NCBI GenBank assembly: GCA_030770535.1
Contig: JASVEC010000002.1
Location: 434,001-498,000 of the forward strand
Direction: 5' to 3'
Source of the DNA: Batkoa obscura
Taxonomy: Eukaryota
Length of the DNA: 64,000 nucleotides
Shown: positions 1-12,185 of the stretch, one piece after another
How positions within the stretch are numbered: the first letter of the stretch is position 1
Layout: each line of letters starts with the position of its first letter
Program-made: the position numbers and the translations under genes
Notes under the pieces: model-generated
Database searches by the model: none
The model's input: the letters and a program-made list of their open reading frames with translations, nothing else
What the model was told of the DNA's origin: nothing

Positions 1-2029
1 TATTTACCTGGTGACATATTGGAAGTAGATAATTTGAAACTCATAGATTCAATATAAGATGGATGTTGAAATAATTGAGGTGTTTTTTCTTCTTCTTGAA
101 TCATACATCTAAGTCCCAAAAGATGACGATCAATACCTTGTCCACGGGATGCTTTTTTCATATATGATAAATGAGCAGTAAATGCATTTTTAATAGCTTC
201 TAACTTTTTGTTATGAGAGATATCTTTATCATCAAACAATTGAACAAATTGTTTACTTTCAATCGAACAACTCCTAACTGTTTCTGTTCTACCATGTAAA
301 AAAGCTCTAGTAGAGGCTGTTTCATAAGTAGGTCCAACTTCTCCTTGTTGTCGATAATAAGCTAACTGTAAGGCCATTTGTAAAAAGGTATCAGGACTGA
401 CTTTAAGACTCTTGAGTAAGGCGGAACCAATACCTGAATGATGTAATAGTACACTTTCAATGTTAGAGATGAATTTTGGTACTCGTTCATGGGCTTCATT
501 AATTAAAGTATTGACTTCATTATTTACTTCCCATCGTAATAATTTAGGTTCTTCTAAAGTTATATCATTAGCTACATTAATAGGGTCACTATGAGGTTCA
601 CTATATTTATTATAATTATAATTATAACTATTTAGTATTTATTATTAATACATAATATATATTTACTTTGCTAAAATTTCGTTAATAATTCTGCCAGGTA
701 TAACAGCATCAGCAGGGGTATGCTATTTAGTAAATCGATGTTAATATTTGTTATCATGTTGATATCTATTATCATATTATTAATATTCTTTACCTCTCCA
801 TTAATACCAGCTCTACCATTATTAGTTAAAATTAATTGAATAGCTTTATCAAACCAACGATTTTGGCCTGTATGACCATGAAATATAACTTGATGAGATT
901 CATCAATATTAGTTGAAGGAGAATAATCTTCTAAACATAAAACAAATAAACTTGTATCAATGTAATTTAAAGTTTGTTGATTTAATTGATTAGTTTCTAA
1001 TAATTCTCTTGCTTTTGCCCAAATATCTCGATGTTCACCAGTTAATACACCTACATTTGGTTGATATTGAGATTGATCTAAATTATCAATTGAATTAATA
1101 GCTAATCTCAATTGATTTATTATTGTTTTTATAGATACTCTTTCACTATTTTTTCCGTATACAGGTACTTCAACTAATTGATTTTTGTAACTTAATATTA
1201 TATGATGAGCTAAACATGGATAAGAAGATTCAATTTTATCTCTTTTCATTTTTGGTATTCTAGTTGTTCCTAGTTGTTGATGATATTGATTCATACATAA
1301 TGGGGTTTCTTTTATATACTCTGGTTCGATTTCTTCTCTGTTTTAAATATATGAATATATAAGTACTATGCACTATATAATTACTATATAATTATTACCT
1401 ATTTAAAGCATCATTAAAATTTAATATACCCGTAATTAAACCAGCAGCTCTTTCAATTTGTAAATCTGTAGTTTTGCCTTTAATTGGATTATTTACTAAA
1501 CCATTTGGATGATCTTTAAATTCACACCACCAATTTACATTTAATAATGTTGGTTCACGATATTCTAAATATCCTTTATTTAACCAAATATCTTCAAGCC
1601 AAGAATTCTATTTATTAAATAAACATAAATATATAAAATAATAATGCTAAATCAATATTTCTTTACCTTTTGTTTTAAATCATACTCAATTAATCTTTGT
1701 TGTAACTTATTACCTTCTTCACCATAAAATGGAGCAATTGCCTTTAAAGCATCTTTATATTGAATTTCATCATACAGTGGTAATAAAGATTTTTCATACA
1801 TTTTCAAAGTATGTTCAAGTGGTGGAATAGGTAATCTTGGTAAGCTAGTTTGGTTATCAAAGGTTTTTAATTTACTCTTTTCAATTCCAGAGTCTGTTTT
1901 AACAGAATACTGCTGTAAACTTAAGAGCTGACGAAACTGAAGAGGTTTACTTCTAGTATGTTTATTAATTACCTTTATTATTAGTGTTGTTTTAAAAGAT
2001 ACTTACTTTAAACGTCGAATTAACTGCAT
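1..2029 (-). CDS. Carnitine/choline O-acyltransferase, multi-exon, 3' end outside the window
   Basis: Spliced reading MQLIRRLK|VINK...TFDNQTSLPRLPIPPLEHTL...NRWFDK...GINGE|H; the LPRLPIP and NRWFDK motifs are typical of this family; basic N-terminus resembles a mitochondrial presequence. Confidence 0.9.
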
Positions 2030-2320
2030 AACTATATAAAAATAAGATAAAGAAAAGTGATAATAAAAGATTTTGTATTGTGACGTTTATTTGGGATGGA
2101 TTCAACAATCACATGTTGTTATCAATGGATAAGTAAAATACGAATTCAAGTAATAGAATCCACCAATTAAAAGTCAAATTCAATTCACCCTAACACATCA
2201 TCTTATCATTAAAAAAGTATACAACGTAAATGCTTAAAGAATCATTTTTATTTTATTTTATCTTATTTTATTTTATCTTATTTTATTATTAATTTATCAA
2301 TTTACTGCTCACTAAGAACA

Positions 2321-2977
2321 ATGTCCTTATCCAGCAAGCTTCATGTTTATTATTGTTTTGAAACTTTATCAAATTATTTAAATCATTACGGTAATAAATC
2401 TTATTACAGTGACTCAGATTTAATCAAAAATTTACCTCTTGATTACAGTATTAAATCCGAATTCCCAAATGACAGTTACCCGTTGTTTGTAACTTGGAAT
2501 CTCATCGACCCCCACTCCTCAGAAGAAGAAGAACTCCGTGGCTGTATAGGTAATTTCTCACCCTTATCCTTACATGATGGCTTAAAGGAATATGCTTTAA
2601 TTTCTGCCTTACAAGATACTCGATTTGATCCTATAGATACAGAAGAATTGGATCAGCTCTCATGTTGTGTTTCTTTATTAGTGAAATTTGAATTAGCAGA
2701 ACATTATTTAGATTGGGAAATTGGCGTTCATGGGATTCGATTAAAATTAAATATTAATGATCGAATTTATGGAGCTACTTATTTACCAGAAGTGGCTGCT
2801 GAACAAGGGTGGACCAAAGAAGAGACAATTAAAAGTTTATTAAGAAAAGGAGGGTATAAAGGGAAAACAGATAAGGAAGTGTTGGATAAAATTAAGATAA
2901 CTAGATATCAATCACATAAAAGTAAAGCTAGCTTTAAAGAGTATTTGGATTATGTTAATAAGTTAACTAAGAATTAG
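2321..2977 (+). CDS. AMMECR1-domain protein
   Basis: Family motifs PLFVTW, LRGCIGNF, SALQDTRF, ATYLPEVAAEQGW; single exon. Confidence 0.93.
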   Translation: MSLSSKLHVYYCFETLSNYLNHYGNKSYYSDSDLIKNLPLDYSIKSEFPNDSYPLFVTWNLIDPHSSEEEELRGCIGNFSPLSLHDGLKEYALISALQDTRFDPIDTEELDQLSCCVSLLVKFELAEHYLDWEIGVHGIRLKLNINDRIYGATYLPEVAAEQGWTKEETIKSLLRKGGYKGKTDKEVLDKIKITRYQSHKSKASFKEYLDYVNKLTKN

Positions 2978-3141
2978 ATAGAAGCTTTAATTAAGTTAGT
3001 TATTAAGTGATTTATAAGTAGTTGTAGTTTTTTCATGAGAAGTAAATATAGTATAGTATTAATAATTTTATTGTTAGTCATTAATTTAAAGTTCCTAATT
3101 TATTTTAATTTTTTGTTGATTAATATCACTATTTACTATTT

Positions 3142-3238
3142 GTGGATGTTTTTTGGCTTCATCACTTTTTCCATCTTTTAAGCGCTATTTGAACAGAAAA
3201 TTTATTAGTAAAACCCTTAAACACAAAAATACATCCCC
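3142..3238 (-). mobile_element. MITE copy 1
   Basis: GTGGATGT...ACATCCCC termini; ATTT direct repeat on both flanks. Confidence 0.85.
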
Positions 3239-3501
3239 ATTTGTTAAAATAACAATCAGTTAATGATACTTAAAAAATAGTTTTTTTACTATAACCTTGG
3301 CTTACAAAACAATACAGGCACCATAGTATACATTTATTTTTATTTGGATAGTTTATTATAAACTTATTTTTAAATATTGATTTAACTCTATGTTTAAATA
3401 TAACATTAATGATTTAACAAATGATTATATATTTTTTAAATAATATATAATCTTAATAGAAATCCCAGCTTGGATTTTATATTACTTTGATTGCAACTGA
3501 G

Positions 3502-3726
3502 TGGTCGATTTTATTGACCAAGAAATTTATTTGATTGTGTAATCAAATATAAAAAGCAAGACATTTTAATAAAAAAGGATTTCTATCATATTCAGGATTA
3601 CAAATTCTGTATAAGGTAGGGATGCTTGGGTGATTAGGCTTTAATTTAGCATTTATATGGGTCAAGGTGCACCTCAGCAGAATTGATTAGGCATCCGCTT
3701 ATACAATGCGTTTCTGAAGCGGATAG
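3502..3726 (+). ncRNA. Candidate structured non-coding RNA, family unassigned
   Basis: Two short hairpins plus nested stems 3583-3726; non-Watson-Crick pairs within the stems are G-U on the + strand. Confidence 0.35.
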
Positions 3727-3792
3727 TCTCATGTTTGTTATATTTGTTAACTTATAGAAATACAAGATGATGTTTTTTTGTCTTCATTACTT

Positions 3793-3887
3793 AGGAGTGT
3801 TTTTTTACTTTATTTTTTCCATTTTTTAACTACTATTTAAAGCGGAAAATTTGTTAATAAAATTCTTAAACACAAAAATACATCCCC
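3793..3887 (-). mobile_element. MITE copy 2
   Basis: AGGAGTGT...ACATCCCC; preceded by a short truncated end of another copy (about 3769-3792). Confidence 0.85.
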
Positions 3888-4151
3888 ATATTGTAATCCA
3901 TTTTAAGCGTTATTTTTTAGTTGCATTAATGTGTTAACTATTAAATCGATATTGATAAAGAAAGTACCCACAGCTATACTAGACCTTATAAATAAGTGTA
4001 GATGCAGTGATAAGCCTTTTATATTACAAACATGTTATTAAAATGTACTCATTTTAATGTATAATCTTTTTATAGTTTGAATAATACTCACAATATAATG
4101 TGATATCAAATTAATTTAATGATTAATTACATTCATTTAAAGACTTTTAAC

Positions 4152-4245
4152 GAGCATCTTTTTTATTTTCATTTTTTTTCCCTTTTTTAAATGATATTCT
4201 ATTGTGTGGAAAAAATGTTAGTAAATTCCAAAAAAATACATCCCC
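4152..4245 (-). mobile_element. MITE copy 3 (degenerate)
   Basis: Ends AAATACATCCCC-ATAT; internal GGAAAAAATGTTAGTAAA matches the family. Confidence 0.7.
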
Positions 4246-4592
4246 ATATAGATAAGTATTTAAAAAAATATCTAATAAGCATTATTTCATTGTAATAATG
4301 TTTTTAAAAATTAATAAGAATCCTACTTTATACTATTTCTCTAACATATCTGTACTATAATATATTTATGTTTTTTTACAAACAAAGTGCAATTTGTACT
4401 ATTTTAATAAACTTTGATTTTACTCATTTACATAATGAAATTAGATTACTTTATTATAATTTTAGCTTTTAAAACGCCTTACATTTAATTCTATAACATA
4501 AGTGAAATCCCAATGCTTTAACTTTTAATTGTTTACGCTATATATTAATTAATATACATAATATTTTTTAGTTGTCAGTGTAGATAATAAAT

Positions 4593-4693
4593 GGGGGGAT
4601 GTATTTTTGTGTTTAAGAATTTTACTAACAAATTTTCCGCTTTAAATAGTAGTTAAAAAATGGAAAAAATAATGAAGTAAAAAAAACACTTAC
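4593..4693 (+). mobile_element. MITE copy 4
   Basis: GGGGATGTATTTTTGTGTTTAAG...; AAAT on both flanks. Confidence 0.85.
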
Positions 4694-5115
4694 AAATGTT
4701 GATTAAAGTTGTAATAAGTCAATAAATAAAACTTACATAACTATTTATCTTTTTATGAAGTATTTTTACCAAGTTTAAAAGGGTAAAGATTTAAAATGAT
4801 AAGTGGACTGAAATGAAAGTTAAGCTTTGAATTACCATATATTAAAATAATGTTTTAAGTACAAAAATTAAGTCATTATTATAATTGTAATTATATCTCT
4901 ACATCATATCTATCATACCACCAAACTATTAAAAAACCCCTTTTCATTTACACAGCAAAATCAATTTCGTTCTCTAGCCAATAACAAACGTTTAAAATTC
5001 CACTCTCAGCTTTCTTCAATATTATTAATCGCAGCAAAAACCTCCACATTATAGCTTTAAATTTTAATAAATTTAACTAAACAATTTCATTTATTTTATT
5101 TAATCCTTCTAAAAA

Positions 5116-5625
5116 ATGCCGCAATCCCCCGAAACTCATGTTCAAACTTCAGAGCCAAAAAATCAAGGCTCTAATACAATAACTATAACTGAAAGTGCAA
5201 CTCCTGTGGACTCAGCTCAAGATATTGTACGTTTGACAGTGGAAGGAGAAGCTAGAGAAAGTAGAGGTCCAAGAGTAAGATGGGATAGCGAAGTAATTGA
5301 TAATGAAGGGATGAATAAAAAGAAGTCAAAGGGTAAGTTTTGTGTTTCATTTATTCATTCTATCAAAATATAAGTTTTATGCAACAATTTCTAACATTCT
5401 ATTTTTATAGTATGTTGTATCTTTAAAAAAGAACGGGCAGTAGGAGAAAGTTCCTCAGAAGATGAGAGTTCCTCAGGAGAGGAATATGAGTATCAGGGGA
5501 ATAGAATAGGCTCGCCAAATAATTATGAAAGGGTTGGGAAAAGAAAAGGTAAGGCTGTTTAGCTAGATTCAATTTATAGCCCTAATGTTTACTTAGGACA
5601 CTCGCATAATTGTAAAAAGAGATAA
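5116..5625 (+). CDS. YPI1: PP1 regulatory subunit, inhibitor-3/Ypi1 family, 3 exons
   Basis: RVRW (RVxW) motif, VIDNEGMNKKKSK|VCCIFKK, acidic ESSSEDESSS, SPNNYER. Confidence 0.9.
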
Positions 5626-5898
5626 AGAAAAGATTGGATTTTAAAATATATCTCAAAGTTTATCTGTGGCTTATAATTGAACACCCCAAAAAAGCATCAA
5701 AGTTTGATCAAGAGGCAGCCATGATTATTAAATAGAAATGTATCACCAACTTAAATCTACTTTGTTTTTAATAAAATAGCTCGCATTGAATTTTATACTA
5801 TTAAATTTGTAAAAACGTATTAACTTTGACATGAATCTTAAAGAAATGTAAAATTTTATTTCAATAAATTTATAGATTAAGTTAAAAAGCAATTTAAA

Positions 5899-7387
5899 TT
5901 AAGCAAATGTAAACTCTTCAAAAAGATGACCGCTCTTTTTTGATACGGGTAAAAGTTCCAACCTTTGAAAAGGTTTTGACGTAGGATCATGATAGTAGCC
6001 TAGAATGTGTTTAATATGATTATCAATATATAAATTATTAGAACCTACCTTCAATAAACCCATCTGATCTACGTATACATATATAATAAAATCCAGCAAT
6101 AGTTAGTCCAGATTCTTGAGCAAGTATATTTACAAAGCATTTTTCTATTCTATCATTAATATTGTTAAACGATAAACAACTTAAAGTCTTACCTTTCCAT
6201 CTCATAAATATATATTTATCCAATATTTTAGAACATGTTTCTTTATCCTTACTAAATAAAAAAAATTAAATTATAAACAATAAAAATAGTTTATAGTAAC
6301 TTACAAAGCTTGTCTTAACTCTTTAAATGCATATAACTTCTTCCAATGCTTAATATCTGTTTCTTTATCTGCTCCCCATTTACGTGTCCAAAAATCATAA
6401 TTTACAAAGTCAATCACCTAAGAATTATTACTATTCAAAGTTAAAAAAATGTGTATTTTATTTTACCTCTCCTTCCCAATAAGTGACTACTGTTGATGAC
6501 GTAACTGGTGTATTTAATGCTTCCATTAGTCCAACCACGGCTCCTGTATTATGATCTACTGAATTTATAGCCTTATCAATAAAAATATTAATAATTTTAT
6601 ACTTATTAAACTTATTTATTACCACTTTGACTTCCCAATGTTCCTTATCACCAAAATCCCTTCGATTTGAATAATGATTCTGGGTACCTTCAAAGCACTG
6701 TCCAGCACTTAAAAAAGATAATGGGTCACACTTCCAGTTATTCAGACTTAATGGTATACTATTTAATATCATCTCTGTTGTACTCTCCCTTAACTTAGAG
6801 CTGATTGATTTTTCATATGTCCTACTTGGATTAGATTGAACTGGATCTTCACGACTATTTCGAAAAAATGAGGTTAAAGTTTCTCTTAATATCTCTTGTT
6901 CATGGCCATTAAGCTGTCCAAGCTCCCAACTTTGGTTTGATAAATCTTCAGATAAATCATCTTCTTCACTGTTATCTGTTGATTCTTCCTCCCCTTCTTC
7001 CTCTTCTTCTTCACTGCAAGTTTCTTCTTCTTCTTCAACTCTTATAGCGTCCTCATCGCTGGTTACTATATCCTCTATCTCTTCGTCTTCTTCTTCATTG
7101 TCCATCTCATCCTCTTGTGCTAAATTGGATCTTGGTACATATCGTACCGAATCTCCTAAACCTTGACCCAAACTTTGAAACACTACTCGGTCGCCTATTC
7201 TTATCCCAGCAACATCTCGGTTCTCAAATCTAAATACAATTGCATTGGAACGTTGTAAATTATTATTTAGAATTTCGGGTTGTGAAGATCTATCAACCGA
7301 GGATTCCCTTCTTCTAGAGCTTGTTCTTGAGGTTGTTATTTGAGTCAGATGATCGGACGCAGATGTTGGATAGTCTTGGGGACGCAT
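5899..7387 (-). CDS. GID4: GID4/Vid24 vacuolar import and degradation protein with acidic N-terminal extension, multi-exon
   Basis: FEGTQ, WEVKV, VVTYWEGE|VIDF, YIFMRWK, GLTIAGFYY, GYYHDP..PFQRLEL. Confidence 0.9.
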
Positions 7388-8269
7388 ATTTAGGCTTTAA
7401 TAAATACTATACAGGAAAGAATAAAATTGAATAAAAAAAGAATTAATAAAAGTTTTAAACTTTACTTGTTTCAATCAAAGGTTCAGGGCTGTGCGAATTG
7501 AATCATGGTGCTTAATCTGTTCAATTTTTTAACTGTATTTGGTTGGTTATTGGAGCTTATTAACAAAAATGACCTCATATTTTTCCTAGTGTTAAAGCCT
7601 TTTTCACTTGAATGCTTTTTATTTTAGAATTCTGCTTTTTTTCAGCCTAATTATTGCTTTAAATTATTTTTCGTTTAGTTACTTAGATTAACCATAATTT
7701 TAAATATCCAGTTTATTGACTTTTAAATTTAAATTTCAGTGTTTTTAATTTATTACTAGTGTTTTGATGTAATTTTATTTTTACAAAAATTTACAAATTA
7801 ACAGTCACTTTGGATCTTTATTTAAAAATTATTATTATAGATTGTTCTTTTATTTATTGTTTTTCTATATTTAATAATCTTCCTTAATTAAATTTGATTA
7901 AACAAGCAGAAATAGAAAATGCAAAAAAAAATACATCAGATAAGTTTAATATAAAGATAAAAATTTATTTATAAAATCATAATTATTAATATACAATTAA
8001 ATTGAATAAAAACTTCTTATTTTAAAAATAATTAAATGACTTTATTAAAATGGCGTCAACATTTTCCTAGAAATAAGATTAACCAATAGGGAGATTAACA
8101 GCTAGAACAACAACACTGGTAATTGGTTAGCCCTTTAGTAGGAATTTCACCTTATGACCCAATTTCTAATCTCAAAAATTCAAAATATCAATTTGTTACG
8201 AGTGAGAAAAAAAATCATATAAAGAACTTCTCTATCCCCACTTCTAAAAAAAGTTTTATTCATTTAATA

Positions 8270-9042
8270 ATGTTACACAACAAACTAATCCTCCTAATAA
8301 TAATAACAATCTCAATCATACATTGCACTTCGAATAACAGTGCTACAACCATTATCAATAGGAACTTAAATAACACTAACAATAGTCTATTAAATCGAAG
8401 AAGGTTCCAAAGTGAACTTAAAAATAAGCTAAAGATCCCAAACAAGCCCAATGATTCTTTACCTAAGGCAGTAGATGGTGTTGAATTAACTGACCCGACA
8501 CCACAAATACAAAGTACTTTTACCACTTGGGACATCAATGGCCATCCAATTGTAACGACAAAAGCTGTGGTTCCGTCCGAGTCAGCTCTTATCACTTGGG
8601 ACCAACTTGGAAGACCAGTAACTATTACTAAAGATAAAGCTGCAGTTACTCATACCAGTACTATTGATAATACTTTAGATCCAACATTAACCTCTACTTC
8701 AAAGAAAGCAGATAAAGGTAAGCTTCATTATTGCGTTGTTTCAGTATTGAAATCAACTTAAATATAAATTTAGGTCTAATGACCTCCAGTACTCCAAAGA
8801 CGACCATTCCCTTAGGTAGCCCAATGGGTTCAGAGTGGTCCCAAACGAGAAGTAAGTTTAGTAGAAAGTTACCAATTCCATCAGACACAAGGGGGTCGCT
8901 ATATACCATTTCTAACCAAGCTAAAGAAGCATCCACCGATGATGGTTCTGCAACAGATTCTAGCTCCGCTATTGCCTTGAGTGTGTCTAACACGGCTATT
9001 TTTGCCATTTACTTTATCATGAGATGGATGGTGTTAGATTAA
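8270..9042 (+). CDS. Secreted Ser/Thr-rich, probably GPI-anchored protein, 2 exons
   Basis: Hydrophobic N-terminus MLHNKLILLIIITISIIHC; intron 8719-8773 joins two ORFs in frame; hydrophobic tail after SSSA. Confidence 0.7.
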
Positions 9043-10114
9043 GAAGAATTGATGAAGGAGTATGTGGGAGGTAATGTATACTAGAGTATTCTAATTAATA
9101 AATGTAATCGATTTTTAATATCAACTTTGAGATACTGAGATTATAATTATTGTTATAATCTAATAGAAATTATTTATCAATTTTTTTGCAAAATTTTGAA
9201 GGAAAAACTCGCAAATGTTTTATTGTTGGTAAAAATTTAAATTTTATGACTAATTGGCAGATAAAGGGAAATAAGTGAGAGGGAATAGGTAAGTAGGGAT
9301 ATGGGACTAAGAAGAAGGTGGAAAAGCAACTAGCTCAGATTGGTCTAAGCTATATTAATTTGATTTTAAAACTTAAAATATTTTAAAACAGTTTCAAGAA
9401 TAATTGCAATAAATTAAAGGATTTGAAACAATATTTAAAGCTTAATTTTATAAAATGAAATCAATTTAAATGATTTTTAGCAAATGCTTGTTAATACTTT
9501 ATAGTAACATTAATAAATATTTTAAAATAACATAGCCACCGAAAATCAACGAAGTTCTTGACACTAACAAAAGCTATATTCAATTGCATTAAAAAGGCAC
9601 TAGCATATAGCCAGAAGCTCCCCTATTCAGGCTGGTGTTTCAAATTCATTTTTTTGTTTATCAAATTTGTGCATAGTCGCGAAAAAATAGCATAAAAAAG
9701 TAGGATGTTTCTAATGGATTTTATTCACCTGGTGAAATTAGTTAAAAAGAATAAAACAACTCTTAATTTTTTTGCATAATTTCAATGCAAGTATTTTGAA
9801 ATAGTTAAGGCTTTACAAAACAATAACTGTAAACTAGGAATTGGGTAATGGAAGTGAGATTTAGCTACTAAGAAACTGTATTAAGTAATTGCTAACCTGG
9901 TATGACGAATGAGAAATTTGATTTTATAATTTTTTTGGTTTTTTAATGAATAAAAAATTTCAGAGGATAAATAAAATAAAGCACAGGTATTTTAAAAAGT
10001 ATAAACTTTAATACAAATAAAGAATAAAATGAATAGTATATAAATGAGACAGAAAGTAGAAAAAGAAATAAAAGCAAGAAATAATATAACTATAATAACA
10101 ATACTATTAAAAAA

Positions 10115-11245
10115 ATGTTGAATTTTGCCATAGTTTTGGTTCAATTACTTTATGTAGCTGGTAACAATGAATGCTTCTCTCACAATGATAAGGTATATTC
10201 AATCAACAAGGATGGTATTGACAGTTATGAGATAAATAGTAACGGCCCATGGAACCAAGTCAAATCAATCGATAACATTCAATCTTTTGCTTTAAATAAT
10301 AATAATAATCAGTTGTTATTTATCACTGATAAATTAAATAGTATGGACCTTAGTAATTATGATGTTAAGGAACTTTCGAGTGTTCCTACTAATAATTTGA
10401 TGTTGAGTATGGATGAAGCTGATTCTATTTTATATGCTAAGAGTAACAGTAACAGCACTCTATACGATTATAAATTGAAAACCAAAGAGTTTAATGTATT
10501 AAATGAAAATAAAGATACTTCAACTGGAGGATTTCAGTATTATAATAATCAACTAGTTATGTTGGGTGGAATTGAACAAACGCTAAACGAAATTCAAATA
10601 TACGATATTACAAGTAAACAGTGGAAAAATCAAAAAATTCAAGGGGATTTACCATCATCACGTAAAAATTATGATCTTCAAGTAATTGATGACAAATTGT
10701 ATTTAATTGGTGGAAGGAATTCTAATAACCAAATGATTACTAACAAACTATGGGTATTAGACTTGAAAGAGTATACCTGGTCTTCAATTTCTTTGAATTC
10801 TATTAATCAACTGTTTAATAATAATGAAATTAAATGTCAACTAATTGTTAATAATGAATTTTATACTATCTCTAACAATAACCAAGCTATTAAATTAAAC
10901 TTACAACAAAACAGTAATCGAAGTTATATAACAAACGACAGTATCATTATATTAAGCAATAATACTAACAATGGTAAACCAGAGACTGATAAGACCAATT
11001 ATTATACAAATAAGATTTTGATTGCTCTAGCTATTGCTTTAGGTATGAATTGTTGTACAGTTGTTACTTTCTTTTTATATATTGAATTAACAAAGAAATT
11101 GGAAAAAATGTTACTTTCTTTTAAAAATAAAAACAGTAATGTTGATAATGCTTCTACCATTGAATCCATACGCTCAAGTTCCAAACCTTCATTTGAGTGG
11201 AAGGAATCTAAAAATAGCAATACCTTTAAATTGGCTATGAATTAG
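10115..11245 (+). CDS. Signal peptide, kelch-repeat and single-TM membrane protein
   Basis: LVMLGG...IQIYD...W and LYLIGG...LWVLD...W kelch blades; TM helix ILIALAIALGMNCCTVVTFFLYI. Confidence 0.75.
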   Translation: MLNFAIVLVQLLYVAGNNECFSHNDKVYSINKDGIDSYEINSNGPWNQVKSIDNIQSFALNNNNNQLLFITDKLNSMDLSNYDVKELSSVPTNNLMLSMDEADSILYAKSNSNSTLYDYKLKTKEFNVLNENKDTSTGGFQYYNNQLVMLGGIEQTLNEIQIYDITSKQWKNQKIQGDLPSSRKNYDLQVIDDKLYLIGGRNSNNQMITNKLWVLDLKEYTWSSISLNSINQLFNNNEIKCQLIVNNEFYTISNNNQAIKLNLQQNSNRSYITNDSIIILSNNTNNGKPETDKTNYYTNKILIALAIALGMNCCTVVTFFLYIELTKKLEKMLLSFKNKNSNVDNASTIESIRSSSKPSFEWKESKNSNTFKLAMN

Positions 11246-11335
11246 TTATCATATCTATCTTCTATTATTTATATCATTTTTAATAAAAAATAAACAAATT
11301 CTTATTTTAATCGAGTTTATAGTTATTCACTATTT

Positions 11336-11426
11336 GAGAATGTATTTTTTTTAAGAACCTTACTAACAATCTTTCTGCTCAAATAGCGCTCAAAAAACGA
11401 AGTAATGAAACCAAAAAAACATCCCC
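11336..11426 (+). mobile_element. MITE copy 5
   Basis: Ends ACATCCCC; ATTT on both flanks. Confidence 0.8.
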
Positions 11427-12185
11427 ATTTATTGTACTATGAGTTTAAATTTAATATTCAAAGATACAATTAGAGTATCTGTTACAAATGAAACGTATAA
11501 GTTTATTGCCCTATCCTTATTATTATTTATAAGATACTTCAAAGAGTATAAACATCTAAAAAAAATAGTACATAAAACACAAGCACTTCGATTTAGATAA
11601 TATTTGTAAATAAACTTTAGCTTTATTTATAAAATTAGTATATTCGGTCAAGTATAGTTTACTTGCTCAGAATGAATCTGAAATCATAAAGCGCCTTCCT
11701 CAAATATAGGTTTGAATCTCTTAACAAGTTAAATTTCATGATTTACTAAGTTAATCCTTTTCAAGATAGTTAAGTATGATTGGACTAAATGTTAAATTTT
11801 AAAAAGGAGCCTGTATATCAACCAATTGTACCAGCCATGGAGTGCTTTGTCAGGATAGGTTTGAATATTTGCCTAAAAATTTTCAAATTTTTTGAGTCAT
11901 AAAATGGCAACTATCAAAAGTAAGGAGATAAATAAAAATAAAGATATGATTATAGAAGAAGGTTATTTGAAATCAAATAAAAAAAGCTGTTTCTAAATGA
12001 AAGGTTAGCCAGTTTCAATAAGATTTAAAATTTCATTTGAAATTCTATTCGAAGAAAGTAATCGCACTGAATTTGACACCTCAGCAAAAAAACTTAGTCC
12101 AACAAAAAAATTGGTGGCTTCAAAAATTTCAAACTTTAATTCCAAGAAACCCATTTTTTTCACCTTTAATCAATATCCAAATAAA

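Noticed and set aside
3608..3630. IR*GC reading resembling the LINE RT motif GIRQGCPLSP
   Set aside because: Flanking residues do not match; base-pairing explains the region better
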